Shown one piece after another: positions 1 through 9,543 of a stretch of DNA of 64,000 nt. The position numbers and the translations under genes are program-made. Below the pieces are notes generated by a model, which worked only from the letters and a program-made list of their open reading frames with translations, was not told the DNA's origin and ran no database searches. This DNA is from Endomicrobiales bacterium (GTDB lineage Bacteria; Elusimicrobiota; Endomicrobiia; Endomicrobiales; JAFGIL01): positions 13,606 through 77,605 of the forward strand of contig JAFGIL010000047.1 of assembly GCA_016929635.1 (NCBI GenBank). Reading direction: 5' to 3'. Positions within the stretch are counted from its first letter, which is position 1, and each line of letters starts with the position of its first letter.

Positions 1-359
1 ACGGGAAATGAGTAATCGTCTTTCCTTGTTATCGTGAACCTTTCAGGAACCATGATGTCTTTCTTCATTACAAACTGGAAATAACGCAATGCCTTTTCAA
101 ATTCATGATTTCTGAACCAATGGGGGATGAAATCGTTAATATTTTTATTTATAAGATCGTTTAGTGAATAACCGGTAAGTCTTTCGAAGGATGGGTTTAT
201 GTAGTGGATCTTGTTGTTCATATCCCAGATTATAAATCCGTCTTCCATTGCAGTCAAAATAGGCATGCATTCTAGGTTAGAGATGTCTTTGGCATCATAT
301 AAACTATTCGGGATGTCGTTGTTTGGGTTATGGCTTTCTGGATTAATTTTGTTTTTCAT
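1..359 (-). CDS. PAS-domain sensor protein, 3'-truncated by the window edge (not in ORF track)
   Basis: Hand translation from ATG at 359 is open to base 1: MKNKINPESH...ILTAMEDGFIIWDMNNKIHYINPSFERLTGYSLNDLINKNI...ERFTITRKDDYSFP, a typical PAS/PAC pattern; starts 15 bp after the response regulator stop. Confidence 0.8.
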   Translation of the reverse strand, partial: MKNKINPESHNPNNDIPNSLYDAKDISNLECMPILTAMEDGFIIWDMNNKIHYINPSFERLTGYSLNDLINKNINDFIPHWFRNHEFEKALRYFQFVMKKDIMVPERFTITRKDDYSFP

Positions 360-374
360 TAGGTTGGGGGGTCT

Positions 375-968
375 TTATTCTTCTTTCTCTGAAAATATTT
401 CTTCCAGATTGTATTGTTTCAAGAATTTAAAAAAGTCGTTTTTCTTTATTCTTATTCGTCCTCCCGGTACCTCATATGAGTCAAGGAGCCCCTGTTCCAT
501 CCAGTTGTTTACCGTAGTCTTGGAGACATTGCAGGATTTGCAAATTTGGTATATTGTCAGGACACCTTCAATTTTTTCAGCCAGGAATCTTTCTTTTTCT
601 ATGCGGGATTCTATGCATTCCCTGATTTTTTTTCTTAATTCATTAATACTAAAAGGCTTTTTAATGTAATCGTATACACCTATGCGCAAAGACTCAATAG
701 CTGTGTCTACGCTAGGGTAAGCGGTTGTTATGATTACATCACAATCCGGCGTTTTAGATTTAATGTGCCTTAACACCTCCATACCGCTCATTCCCGGCAT
801 CTGCAAATCAAGCACTACAATGGAGAACTGCTCTTCCTTGAGGATTTCAACAGCTTCTTCACCGGTTCCGGCACACTTCACGTCATATCCGGTAATATTT
901 AACGCCCTTTCGCAGGCATGTGCTATAGTGGAATCGTCATCTACAATGAGAATTTTTGTTTTTTTCAT
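375..968 (-). CDS. Response regulator: N-terminal receiver domain plus C-terminal excisionase/MerR-like (HTH_17) DNA-binding domain
   Basis: ILIVDDD, phospho-acceptor VLDLQMPGMSG, IITTAY and KPF motifs; C-terminal LTIYQICKSCNVSKTTVNNWMEQGLLDSYEVPGGRIRI is HTH_17-like; GAGG RBS upstream. Confidence 0.85.
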   Translation of the reverse strand: MKKTKILIVDDDSTIAHACERALNITGYDVKCAGTGEEAVEILKEEQFSIVVLDLQMPGMSGMEVLRHIKSKTPDCDVIITTAYPSVDTAIESLRIGVYDYIKKPFSINELRKKIRECIESRIEKERFLAEKIEGVLTIYQICKSCNVSKTTVNNWMEQGLLDSYEVPGGRIRIKKNDFFKFLKQYNLEEIFSEKEE

Positions 969-1046
969 GATAAATACCTCTTGAATAAATAAGGAAATTT
1001 TGAAAAACTTGGTTATTTGGAGGGTTTATGCTTTTCCCCTTATATA

Positions 1047-1074
1047 ATTCTAACTTATTTTTTAATAATGTCAA
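1047..1074 (-). promoter_or_regulatory. sigma70-type promoter for the response regulator/PAS pair
   Basis: TTGACA-16 nt-TAGAAT on the minus strand. Confidence 0.6.
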
Positions 1075-1204
1075 TAGTTTTTATGTTCTTGATGATTTAT
1101 ATTATTCATATTATTTGATTTTTTAGCTGTTTTTGCTTTTAAAGGCTTTGAATTATCAATGTTTATTTAATTATTTTTGCACTCAGTATTATAATTATAT
1201 CAAG

Positions 1205-1234
1205 TTGAAATTTCCTATATTTATTTGATAGAAT
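1205..1234 (+). promoter_or_regulatory. sigma70-type promoter (extended -10) for the PAS-PAS/DUF6901/V4R operon
   Basis: TTGAAA-18 nt-TAGAAT with TG at the extended -10 position. Confidence 0.5.
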
Positions 1235-1292
1235 TTAATAACAATGTTAATTAAGGAAAAAATGTTAGTGATAGGCTAACATGGGGGGAGGC

Positions 1293-2204
1293 ATGAAAAA
1301 TGACAGGAAAAATTCGCTTGATAACAGGAATGACGATTTAAAGGAACAAATAAAGGAATTTGAAAGATTGCTTAGTGTGCAGAAGCAAACAGAATCTGCA
1401 CTGCTGGAATCAGAGAGAAAATACAGGATTATTTTTGATAATGTAACCGACGGTATCCTTGTTGCAGACAGGGATAACAAGTCTTTTTATCTTGCAAACA
1501 GAAGGATATGCGAAATGCTTGGATATAGCAGGGAAGAGCTCCATAAACTTAACGTCTGGGATATTCACCCGGAAAAAGACATATCCAGCATTCTTGAAAT
1601 ATTTGAAAGGCAATACAGAAAAGAATACACTTTGGCTGCAAGTATCCCCATGAAAAGAAAGGACGGAAGCATTTTTTATGCAGACGTCAATTCTGTGCCT
1701 ATCAATATAGAAGGAAAAGAATATTTGGTCGGGATCTTCAGGGATATCACGGAAAGAAAAGAGATGTTGGATATGCTTTTAAAGAAAGAAAGGAAGATAC
1801 GCGCAATAATTTCTTCCATGGATGATCTGGTTTTTATTTTAAGCAAGGAAGGCGTATTCATTAATTTTTACCAACCTCAAAATGTGGGAAAGTTATATCT
1901 CGAGCCTGAGAAGTTTATCGGAGAGTTATACAAAAAGGTTTTGCCGCAAGATATTTCTGATAAATTGGAATTAGCAATAAAAGTCATAACAAATAATAGC
2001 AATCTAGTGCAGGGGTTTGACTATTCGATGAAGATAAAAAACGAATTAAAATGGTTTGAAGCAAGGCTTTCTGCATTAAAAGACGAAAAAGACAATATTG
2101 ACGGATTTGTTGCAGTCATACGTGACATTACCGAGAGAAAAGAAATCGAAGATGACTTAAAAAGTGAAGTAGAAGAACTTAAAAAATTATTAAATGAGTT
2201 TTAA
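1293..2204 (+). CDS. Stand-alone tandem PAS/PAC protein with no output domain
   Basis: SERKYRIIFDNVTDGILVAD...ANRRICEMLGYSREEL...FRDITERK followed by a second PAS ending RDITERKEIED; start moved from 1281 to ATG 1293 because GGAG precedes it. Confidence 0.85.
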   Translation: MKNDRKNSLDNRNDDLKEQIKEFERLLSVQKQTESALLESERKYRIIFDNVTDGILVADRDNKSFYLANRRICEMLGYSREELHKLNVWDIHPEKDISSILEIFERQYRKEYTLAASIPMKRKDGSIFYADVNSVPINIEGKEYLVGIFRDITERKEMLDMLLKKERKIRAIISSMDDLVFILSKEGVFINFYQPQNVGKLYLEPEKFIGELYKKVLPQDISDKLELAIKVITNNSNLVQGFDYSMKIKNELKWFEARLSALKDEKDNIDGFVAVIRDITERKEIEDDLKSEVEELKKLLNEF

Positions 2205-2258
2205 TGGAAAATAAATTGTCTGGATTTGTAATTTTTTGGCTCTGGCAGGGGATATAAA

Positions 2259-2981
2259 ATGAATGAGACAATTAATTATTTAAAAAATGTGTATAACTTT
2301 AACTATAATTTCAGATTTAATGACGGCAAGGAATTAAAATTTAATATTCAGCTTGATAAAGTATCTCTTGGTATGATACCTAAAACACAGCTGGGATATC
2401 CCGAGTGGATAATTTTAGGACACAGGAAATGTCCCATATGCCCTTTTGACGAAAAAAATGTAAATTATTGCCCTATTGCAAAAAACCTTGTTGAAGTAAT
2501 TGATTCTTTTAAAGGAATGAATCCTGATGAGGATATTGAGCTTTTTATTAATACCGAGACGCGGAATTATTTTAAAAAAACAACTGTTAAAGAAGGCATG
2601 AGTTCCTTAATCGGAATCTATATGGTTACAGGCGGATGCCCTATTTTGGACAAACTTAGGCCGATGGTCAGGTTTCATCTTCCTTTTGCAGACCATGAGG
2701 AAACTAAATATCGTGCGATTACAATGTATCTAATGGCACAGTTTTTATTGTACAAACAAGGGAAGATACCTGATTGGGATTTAAAATATTTATTCAGTAT
2801 ATACAAGAATGTACGGATAGTTAACAGGAGTTTTCACGAAAGACTTGCAGAAAGCCCGCTTAAAAAAGCCAGTATTGAGGCTTTAATGAAGCTGGATTGT
2901 TTTGCAGGGCAGGTTTCGGATACGATAGTTGACAAAGATACAATGAGCAATATGAGCGAACTTTTCAATGCATACATGTAA
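2259..2981 (+). CDS. DUF6901-like Cys-containing protein
   Basis: CPICP..NYCPIA cluster and GGCPILDKLRPMVRFHLPFA..ET.YR motif, recalled as DUF6901; AGGGG RBS. Confidence 0.65.
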   Translation: MNETINYLKNVYNFNYNFRFNDGKELKFNIQLDKVSLGMIPKTQLGYPEWIILGHRKCPICPFDEKNVNYCPIAKNLVEVIDSFKGMNPDEDIELFINTETRNYFKKTTVKEGMSSLIGIYMVTGGCPILDKLRPMVRFHLPFADHEETKYRAITMYLMAQFLLYKQGKIPDWDLKYLFSIYKNVRIVNRSFHERLAESPLKKASIEALMKLDCFAGQVSDTIVDKDTMSNMSELFNAYM

Positions 2982-2994
2982 AAAGGGGATTTGA

Positions 2995-3564
2995 GTGGAT
3001 CTTGAAGGAATTGAAATAAGCGGATATGCGTTTTCAAACATTATCAAGATGTCCGGGATGTTTAATTCCGTACTAAAGGATATTTTTAAGAATCACCAAA
3101 TAGATAATTTTGAACCAAATTCCTGGTATCCGGTAAATTCTTTTATGGATGTTTTGGAAGAAATAAATGAAAAAGTTGGGGCAAATGCTGTGCATAAAAT
3201 AGGTTTGACGATTTCAAAAACAGCTGAAATTCCCATAGAAGTAAAAAGTATTTATGACTTCTTCTCAAATATTGACAAACTTTACCATCTTAATCACAGA
3301 AAAGACGGAAAGGCAATGTGCGACGCGCAAACAGAGCAAATGCAGGACGGTATAGGGCATTACATCTATGAGAAAATAGAATATAATAATTTAAAGATAA
3401 CATGCACAAATCCATACCCTTGTGATTTCAATTTAGGATTAATCGAAGGATTTGCGCAGAGGTTTGCCACCGAAGGAAAAAAAATATATATTAACCACTC
3501 CAGGCATCTTCCCTGCAAGAAAAACGGAGATGCATCTTGTATTTATTTTGTAACATGGGTCTAG
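2995..3564 (+). CDS. V4R/HNOB-like small-ligand-binding protein
   Basis: WYP motif, CTNPYPCDFNLGLIEGFA and terminal H....C...G...CIY.VTW resemble V4R; GTG start with AGGGGA RBS. Confidence 0.6.
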   Translation: MDLEGIEISGYAFSNIIKMSGMFNSVLKDIFKNHQIDNFEPNSWYPVNSFMDVLEEINEKVGANAVHKIGLTISKTAEIPIEVKSIYDFFSNIDKLYHLNHRKDGKAMCDAQTEQMQDGIGHYIYEKIEYNNLKITCTNPYPCDFNLGLIEGFAQRFATEGKKIYINHSRHLPCKKNGDASCIYFVTWV

Positions 3565-3594
3565 TATGGTTTTAATAAGTTAATCAAACAAACA

Positions 3595-3624
3595 AAAAAG
3601 CTGCAAAAAATACTGCAGCTTTTT
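3595..3624. terminator. Bidirectional intrinsic terminator
   Basis: AAAAAGCTGCA-8 nt loop-TGCAGCTTTTT with T-tracts on both strands, between convergent genes. Confidence 0.8.
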
Positions 3625-3678
3625 CTGTTTATCCCTTTGTTGGCACACTCCGGGAATATTATTTAGTTTTCATTTTTA

Positions 3679-3855
3679 CTAATATTTTAAAAGTAATTTG
3701 GAAGCTGTTTTTAAATCTATACCCCCATTTATAACAGCTAAGGCAAGCCATCTTAGAATCTTATTGTGATGCAGGAGTAATTGAGAAAGCTGGTTTTTAT
3801 CTCTAAGGTAGCATTTTTTCAATATTTCAATTTGAATGTTCATTAATTTTGCCAT
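3679..3855 (-). CDS. 58-aa hypothetical small protein (below ORF-track cutoff)
   Basis: MAKLMNIQIEILKKCYLRDKNQLSQLLLHHNKILRWLALAVINGGIDLKTASKLLLKY*; RBS AAAGAGGG upstream; sigma54-like promoter upstream and terminator downstream. Confidence 0.6.
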   Translation of the reverse strand: MAKLMNIQIEILKKCYLRDKNQLSQLLLHHNKILRWLALAVINGGIDLKTASKLLLKY

Positions 3856-3890
3856 TTTATTACCCTCTTTTTGCTCTCAATAATTGTTTC

Positions 3891-3907
3891 TGCAATTTAT
3901 GTGCCAG
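3891..3907 (-). promoter_or_regulatory. sigma54 (-24/-12) promoter
   Basis: CTGGCAC-ATAAA-TTGCA on the minus strand, matching TGGCAC-N5-TTGCW with exact spacing; predicted start site about 25 nt before the 58-aa ORF. Confidence 0.65.
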
Positions 3908-4016
3908 TTGTTTGGGGAAATAAATAATTTATTGAAAAATAAATCAAAAATGTTATTTCTGTTTTTGGTTTCATATGCGTTTTATTATCAAAAATGAGAA
4001 AAAGCTGGAAGATGGT

Positions 4017-4045
4017 TTGACAATCATACTAAAAAAAAGTATATT
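4017..4045 (+). promoter_or_regulatory. sigma70-type promoter for CDF/HAD
   Basis: TTGACA-17 nt-TATATT. Confidence 0.6.
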
Positions 4046-4063
4046 TAAAACCAGTACAATTTT

Positions 4064-4936
4064 ATGAATAAAAATATTTACATTATCAGAAGAGTCACCA
4101 TTGTAGGACTGTTAGTAAATATAGCACTGGCTATACTGAAGTTTGTGGTTGGGATTGTTGGATCGAGCCAGGCAGTAGTAGCTGACGGCGTTCATACTCT
4201 TTCAGATGTCAGCACTGACCTTGCAATTATTTTTGGGGTAAAATACTGGTCCGCACCTGCTGATGAAGAACATCCCTATGGCCATTCACGAATTGAAACA
4301 ATAATAACTTCTGTTATAGGGGTTTTATTGATAGCAGTCGCATTTTTTATTGGATATAAAGCACTTTTCAGCATGAAGGAATCTCATAAAGCACACCCCG
4401 GGCTGATAGCTTTTATAGGTGCGTTTGTGTCCATTGTAATAAAGGAATTAATGTTTCACTGGACGGTTAATGTAGGTAAAAATGTCCAGTCCTCGGCATT
4501 AGTAGCGAACGCATGGCATCACAGATCAGATGCTTTAAGTTCCATTCCCGTAGCAGTTGCGGTAATAATTGCAGCACTTAATCCTAAATGGGCGTTTGTA
4601 GACCACATAGGGGCTATAGTGGTTTCTATTTTTATTTTGGTTGCAGCCTGGAGAATAGTAAAACCGGCAGTGTTTGAGTTATCCGACGCAGGCGCTCCCA
4701 ATGATGTGAAAGAAAAGATTGAAAAAATTGCGAAAAGTAATCGTGGAGTTAAATCCATACATGCAGTTAGGACAAGATGCCATGGGTCCGGAATTCACGT
4801 TGATCTTCATATCCAGGTTGATAAACTATTAACCGTGGAACAGGGTCATGATATCGCTAAGTCTGTCAAGAAAAAGCTTCTAGAAGAGGCTCCGAACGTT
4901 TTAGACGTAATCATCCATATTGAACCTTATGAATAA
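4064..4936 (+). CDS. Cation diffusion facilitator family transporter (FieF/MamM-like)
   Basis: ADGVHTLSD, HPYGHSRIE, AWHHRSD and C-terminal VDLHIQVD...HDIA...DVIIHIEP motifs; multiple TM helices. Confidence 0.93.
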   Translation: MNKNIYIIRRVTIVGLLVNIALAILKFVVGIVGSSQAVVADGVHTLSDVSTDLAIIFGVKYWSAPADEEHPYGHSRIETIITSVIGVLLIAVAFFIGYKALFSMKESHKAHPGLIAFIGAFVSIVIKELMFHWTVNVGKNVQSSALVANAWHHRSDALSSIPVAVAVIIAALNPKWAFVDHIGAIVVSIFILVAAWRIVKPAVFELSDAGAPNDVKEKIEKIAKSNRGVKSIHAVRTRCHGSGIHVDLHIQVDKLLTVEQGHDIAKSVKKKLLEEAPNVLDVIIHIEPYE

Positions 4937-5573
4937 AATAGAACTTTTAATTTTCGATTTAGACGGGACATTGGTTGATTCAAGGAAGGATATTGCCAAT
5001 GCAATAAATTATTCTCTAAAAACCCTGGGATTTACAGAGAAAGACGTTGGCACAATTACAGGTTATGTAGGAGAGGGATTAAAAAGTACAATGTATAAAG
5101 CACTTGATAATGCCCACGATGAAGTACTGGATAAGGCTGTAGAGTTATTCAGGAATTACTACATCATTCATCCTGTCGACCACGCCAGGCTGTATCCTGG
5201 AGTCGAAGATTTTCTAAAGAATTCGTCAAGCATTAAAAAAGCCGTTTTAAGCAATAAGGACCATGCTATATGTGTTAAAACGCTCGAGTTATTGGATGTA
5301 AACCGATATTTTGAGATAGTTGTCGGAGGGGATAACTATAATTGCAGAAAACCCGATCCTTGCTCTTTAATAAAGATAATGGAGTATACGAAGGTGCCGA
5401 AAGAAAAAATCCTTATGGTGGGAGATATGGATTCAGATATAAATGCAGGAAAAAATGCCGGGGTTAAGACCTGCGCTGTTACTTATGGTTTTAGAAAAAG
5501 GGATGAACTTGAAGGGCACAATCCTGATTATATAATTGACGGTATTTTGGAGCTGAAGAATATTTTGAACTGA
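4929..5573 (+). CDS. HAD-superfamily hydrolase (phosphoglycolate phosphatase-like)
   Basis: FDLDGTLVDS, SNK, RKPDP and MVGD...D motifs; ATG 4929 overlaps the CDF stop. Confidence 0.88.
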   Translation: MNKIELLIFDLDGTLVDSRKDIANAINYSLKTLGFTEKDVGTITGYVGEGLKSTMYKALDNAHDEVLDKAVELFRNYYIIHPVDHARLYPGVEDFLKNSSSIKKAVLSNKDHAICVKTLELLDVNRYFEIVVGGDNYNCRKPDPCSLIKIMEYTKVPKEKILMVGDMDSDINAGKNAGVKTCAVTYGFRKRDELEGHNPDYIIDGILELKNILN

Positions 5574-5577
5574 AATA

Positions 5578-7302
5578 TTAACGCCCGTTTCTTACATTTC
5601 TCAGCTTATTTTCGTAGAATCGTTTTTCTTTGTGATAATTATCTGCTTTTTTTGTAAGCTCATCAATAATTTTTGTCCTCGGAAAAAGAGTGTTAGAAAT
5701 CTTGTCTTCGGAAGATATTTTATTTGCCTGATTTTTGTGTTTGTTATATAAGAAATCGTATATAATTACTAATTTTTTGTAACACAACTTTTCTCCATCG
5801 GAATCATTAGCCAGGCCGAAATAGTTCGCTGCTTTTTTGTAGTATTCCTGGGCTTTATTATATTTTTCTTTTTCATACAGGATATCAGCAATCATTATAT
5901 AAACTTTCTCCTGCGGATAACCCACCTCTATGTAGTAATTGATCATATCGTCAAACTCAACCTGAGTAAAATGTTTTTCGGCCAGCAGTTTTTTATATTT
6001 TTCCGATAATTTATTGAAAATATAATCCCCGTCGTACCCTGCTTTCTGGTAATACTCCAATGCAAGTTCAAAGGGATTTTGTATCGGGGTAGCTTTTACC
6101 GCATTGTCATCGCCGATAGAAATTATGTACTTATTGTTATTTGTAATCAAAACATCTCTTACCAGCCCATTATGAGCCTTAAATTCCTTTATTAATTGCT
6201 TTGAATCTAACTCCCATACGCGTATATATGCATCGTCTCCCCCTGAGAGTAAATATTTTCCGTCAGGGGAAAAGGTGATGCATCTTATGTTTTTGGATGA
6301 ATTATCAAAAGTGTGGACAAGACCCCATTTGTAGGCGTCCCAGAGTTTTATTTTTGTGTCCTTGCTTCCTGAAGCAATATATCTGTTATCATGTGATATG
6401 GCAAGCGCTAAAACCCATGATGCATGCCCTTCTAGAGTCCCCATTTCCTTTCCGGTTTCGAGTTCCCAAAGCTGTATTGTGTTGTCATCAAAACCAGCCA
6501 GCAGGTATTTTGAGTCATACGATATTGCCAGGCTGCATATTTTATTCGGAGAGCCCATCAGTACTTTTTTTACATTTCCGTTGAGAGTTGCAATTTGAAT
6601 AGTGCTGTCTTCAGTCATGAAAATAAGATACTTGCTGTTAGAAGACACAAGCATTTTAAGTATTATGAAAGGATATTTCACAAGCGTTTTTTTCTCTTTG
6701 CCTGTTTTGAGCTCATATAATAATATTTTACTTTTGTTTTTTTTGCTCTTTTTATCTTTTTTGTCATCGCTGATACAGGAAACAAGAATAAATTTGTTAT
6801 CCGGGGTTATTGCTATATCATAAATGTCTTTGGCAGTTACAAGAAACGATTGAATTTCTTTTCCATTTATGAAATCCCACACTCTTACGTACGGGTTCTG
6901 CGTAGCCTCGGAACCGGCAGCTGCAATGTATTTGTTGTCTAAGGATAATGCAACACAGGACAGTTTTGTATATTGAGAAAATCCTTTAAAAGACCGGAAT
7001 TTGCCGATTGATAGATAATAATCCCCTATCTCCTCCAGTATTTGGTCAACCTTTTCTTGATTTTTTAATTTTTCGTATATTTCTACTGTTTTATCCAGAT
7101 TGCCGTGCGCATAGTGGGCCTCGGCAAGTTTGACATAGCATTCTTTTTGTTTTTCGCCCTTTTGTGTTTTGCAGAACTCTTCAGCTTCTTTGAGGTTGTT
7201 TTTTTTGATGAGTTTGTCTATATCAGCGTAATTTGGGGTTATTGCGGATAGTAGGAGAATACCAACTATTAGTATAGTAATATAAATTCTCTTTTTAATC
7301 AT
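5578..7302 (-). CDS. Exported WD40-repeat protein flanked by TPR-like helices
   Basis: N-terminal hydrophobic signal; repeated GH..WV.ALAIS.D...IASGS.D.KIKLWD units; TPR-like YYQKA/AQEYYKKA segments. Confidence 0.8.
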   Translation of the reverse strand: MIKKRIYITILIVGILLLSAITPNYADIDKLIKKNNLKEAEEFCKTQKGEKQKECYVKLAEAHYAHGNLDKTVEIYEKLKNQEKVDQILEEIGDYYLSIGKFRSFKGFSQYTKLSCVALSLDNKYIAAAGSEATQNPYVRVWDFINGKEIQSFLVTAKDIYDIAITPDNKFILVSCISDDKKDKKSKKNKSKILLYELKTGKEKKTLVKYPFIILKMLVSSNSKYLIFMTEDSTIQIATLNGNVKKVLMGSPNKICSLAISYDSKYLLAGFDDNTIQLWELETGKEMGTLEGHASWVLALAISHDNRYIASGSKDTKIKLWDAYKWGLVHTFDNSSKNIRCITFSPDGKYLLSGGDDAYIRVWELDSKQLIKEFKAHNGLVRDVLITNNNKYIISIGDDNAVKATPIQNPFELALEYYQKAGYDGDYIFNKLSEKYKKLLAEKHFTQVEFDDMINYYIEVGYPQEKVYIMIADILYEKEKYNKAQEYYKKAANYFGLANDSDGEKLCYKKLVIIYDFLYNKHKNQANKISSEDKISNTLFPRTKIIDELTKKADNYHKEKRFYENKLRNVRNGR

Positions 7303-7332
7303 AATTTGTTTCCTGTAACTTTCCTAATTCTA

Positions 7333-7361
7333 AGTATAATAGGAAATCTCAAAAATATCAA
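7333..7361 (-). promoter_or_regulatory. sigma70-type promoter for the WD40/TPR gene
   Basis: TTGATA-17 nt-TATACT on the minus strand. Confidence 0.5.
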
Positions 7362-7380
7362 TATTTATATGCAAATGTGT

Positions 7381-7409
7381 TTGAAATTTAAATATAAATC
7401 ATATATAAT
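7381..7409 (+). promoter_or_regulatory. sigma70-type promoter for glnS
   Basis: TTGAAA-17 nt-TATAAT. Confidence 0.6.
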
Positions 7410-7439
7410 CTTATTTATAATAAAACTAAAAGGGGCCAT

Positions 7440-9134
7440 ATGGAAGACAATAGGGAAAAAAGGAAGGATTTCATAAGAAACATAATTGATATTGATATAT
7501 CAAGCAATAAAAACAACGGTAAGGTGGAAACGCGTTTCCCTCCAGAACCGAACGGATACCTGCATATAGGCCATGCAAAGGCCATCTGCCTCAATTTTGG
7601 GATTGCGGAGGAATATAAAAGAGGGGAGTGCCACCTGCGTTTTGATGACACAAACCCGGAAAAAGAGGAAGTCGAGTATATAGAATCGATAAAAGAAGAC
7701 GTAAAGTGGCTCGGGTTTGATTGGGGAAAACATCTGTACTTTGCATCCGATTATTTTAACAAGTTTTATGAGTATGCCATAGAGCTTATTAAAAACGGTA
7801 AGGCTTATATCTGTAACCTAAGCCCGGATGAAATAAAGGAGTACCGCGGAACGCCTACAGAGCCCGGAAAAAACAGCCCGTACAGGGATAGGACTGTTGA
7901 AGAAAACTTAGAGCTTTTTGAGCGTATGAAGAAAGGTGAGTTTAAGGAAGGCGAATGTGTCTTACGGGCAAAGATAGATATGGCTCATCCGAATATAAAC
8001 ATGAGGGATCCAGCTTTATATAGAATCAAGCATGTTTCCCATCACAGGACAGGCGATAAATGGTGCATATATCCAATGTATGATTTTGCACATTGCATCA
8101 GTGACGCTGTTGAAGGCATTACTCATTCTATCTGTACCCTTGAGTTTGAGGACCACAGGCCTTTGTACGATTGGATACTGGATAACATTTCCATAGGTTG
8201 CCATCCTCAGCAGATAGAGTTTGCCAGGCTTGAACTCACATACACAATTTTAAGCAAAAGGAAGCTTCTGCAATTGGTACAGGAAGGGCACGTAAGCGGC
8301 TGGGATGACCCCAGAATGCCTACACTATCGGGCATAAGGAGAAGGGGGTATACCCCTGGAGCTGTCAGGAATTTCTGCGACAGAATAGGCGTAGCTAAGA
8401 CGAACAGTACTGTTGATGTCGCTCTTTTGGAGTATTTTGTACGTGAGGCACTTAATTTTGCAGCACCAAGAGTAATGGCGGTTTTGCGCCCGGTCAAAAT
8501 TATTATCGATAATTATCCGGAAGGCAAAACCGAGTATTTCGATGCGGAGAACAATCCCGAAGACAAAAGCTCAGGTACAAGGAAAATATCTTTTTCGCGC
8601 GAGATTTACATCGAACAGGAGGATTTTCGCGAAGACCCTCCGAAAAAATATTTCAGGTTAGCCCCGGGCCGTGAGGTAAGGCTCAAGCACGCATATATAA
8701 TAAAATGCGAAAAAGCAATAAAGGATGAAAAAACGGGCGAGATAAAAGAGCTGCATTGTACCTATGATCCGGAGACTTTAAGCGGTATGCCAAAGGCTGA
8801 ACGCAAGGTCAAAGGTACGCTTCACTGGGTATCTGTTAAACACAGCATTGACGCTGAGGTAAGGTTGTATGACAGGCTTTTTATGAAGGATAATCCGGAA
8901 GACACGCAAGAAGGCAAGGATTTTAGAAGTAATTTAAACCCGAACTCGCTTGAAGTCCTGAAAAGCTGCAAAATTGAGCCGGGATTGGAAAAATTAAAAC
9001 CCGGGGATACATTCCAGTTCCTGCGCCAGGGGTATTTTTGCGTAGATTCTGATACAACGGACAATAAACTGATATTTAACCGCACCATATCACTTCGGGA
9101 TACCTGGGCAAAAATTGAGAAAACCGGGAAATAA
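7440..9134 (+). CDS. glnS: Glutamine--tRNA ligase
   Basis: [18 protein letters not shown] (HIGH), LSKRKL (KMSKS-like), [18 protein letters not shown]. Confidence 0.97.
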   Translation: MEDNREKRKDFIRNIIDIDISSNKNNGKVETRFPPEPNGYLHIGHAKAICLNFGIAEEYKRGECHLRFDDTNPEKEEVEYIESIKEDVKWLGFDWGKHLYFASDYFNKFYEYAIELIKNGKAYICNLSPDEIKEYRGTPTEPGKNSPYRDRTVEENLELFERMKKGEFKEGECVLRAKIDMAHPNINMRDPALYRIKHVSHHRTGDKWCIYPMYDFAHCISDAVEGITHSICTLEFEDHRPLYDWILDNISIGCHPQQIEFARLELTYTILSKRKLLQLVQEGHVSGWDDPRMPTLSGIRRRGYTPGAVRNFCDRIGVAKTNSTVDVALLEYFVREALNFAAPRVMAVLRPVKIIIDNYPEGKTEYFDAENNPEDKSSGTRKISFSREIYIEQEDFREDPPKKYFRLAPGREVRLKHAYIIKCEKAIKDEKTGEIKELHCTYDPETLSGMPKAERKVKGTLHWVSVKHSIDAEVRLYDRLFMKDNPEDTQEGKDFRSNLNPNSLEVLKSCKIEPGLEKLKPGDTFQFLRQGYFCVDSDTTDNKLIFNRTISLRDTWAKIEKTGK

Positions 9135-9148
9135 GCAGGATCAGATAT

Positions 9149-9385
9149 TTAAAAGGGAAGATCTCCCGATGTTTTGGGTTTTTCTTTTGACTTTTTTAGA
9201 ATAGCCCATGTAAAAGCAATACAAACAGGCACAGCCAGAAGCAAGCCCAGTATTGCACCTGAGACCATGCAGGCGAAGAATCCTGTAATAGCTAAAGAAG
9301 ATTTATTTTTGTTCATCCCGATTATAAAAGGAACTAATCCGGCAACGATTCCAACCACTGCACCAATAATAAGGGTTTGAGGCAT
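9149..9385 (-). CDS. Small hypothetical membrane protein (2-3 TM)
   Basis: Hydrophobic Gly/Ala-rich helices; strong AAGGAGG RBS upstream of ATG 9385. Confidence 0.7.
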   Translation of the reverse strand: MPQTLIIGAVVGIVAGLVPFIIGMNKNKSSLAITGFFACMVSGAILGLLLAVPVCIAFTWAILKKSKEKPKTSGDLPF

Positions 9386-9464
9386 TTAATTGATCCTCCT
9401 TTGTATGTCTTGTTTTAAATAAAATACAAAAATATATATGGTATGTCAATATCAAAAGGTTGAT

Positions 9465-9493
9465 TTGACGAACAAAACATAATAATATAGAAT
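9465..9493 (+). promoter_or_regulatory. sigma70-type promoter for the hemerythrin/2H operon
   Basis: TTGACG-17 nt-TAGAAT. Confidence 0.6.
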
Positions 9494-9543
9494 TTGAGTA
9501 CCCTTTAGAAAACTCAAAAATAAACAGTTTTAAGAGCAAGAAA

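Noticed and set aside
211-669. 152-aa + strand ORF and the many other 60-210 aa ORFs antisense to or out of frame within well-supported genes (e.g. 54727-55245, 56288-56878, 58853-59482)
   Set aside because: They lie entirely on the opposite strand or in another frame of recognisable genes, have no RBS or motifs, and show the Ser/Phe/Ile-rich composition typical of shadow ORFs
3641-3656. Second TGGCAC on the + strand as a sigma54 promoter
   Set aside because: No TTGC at the -12 position (reads GGGAA)
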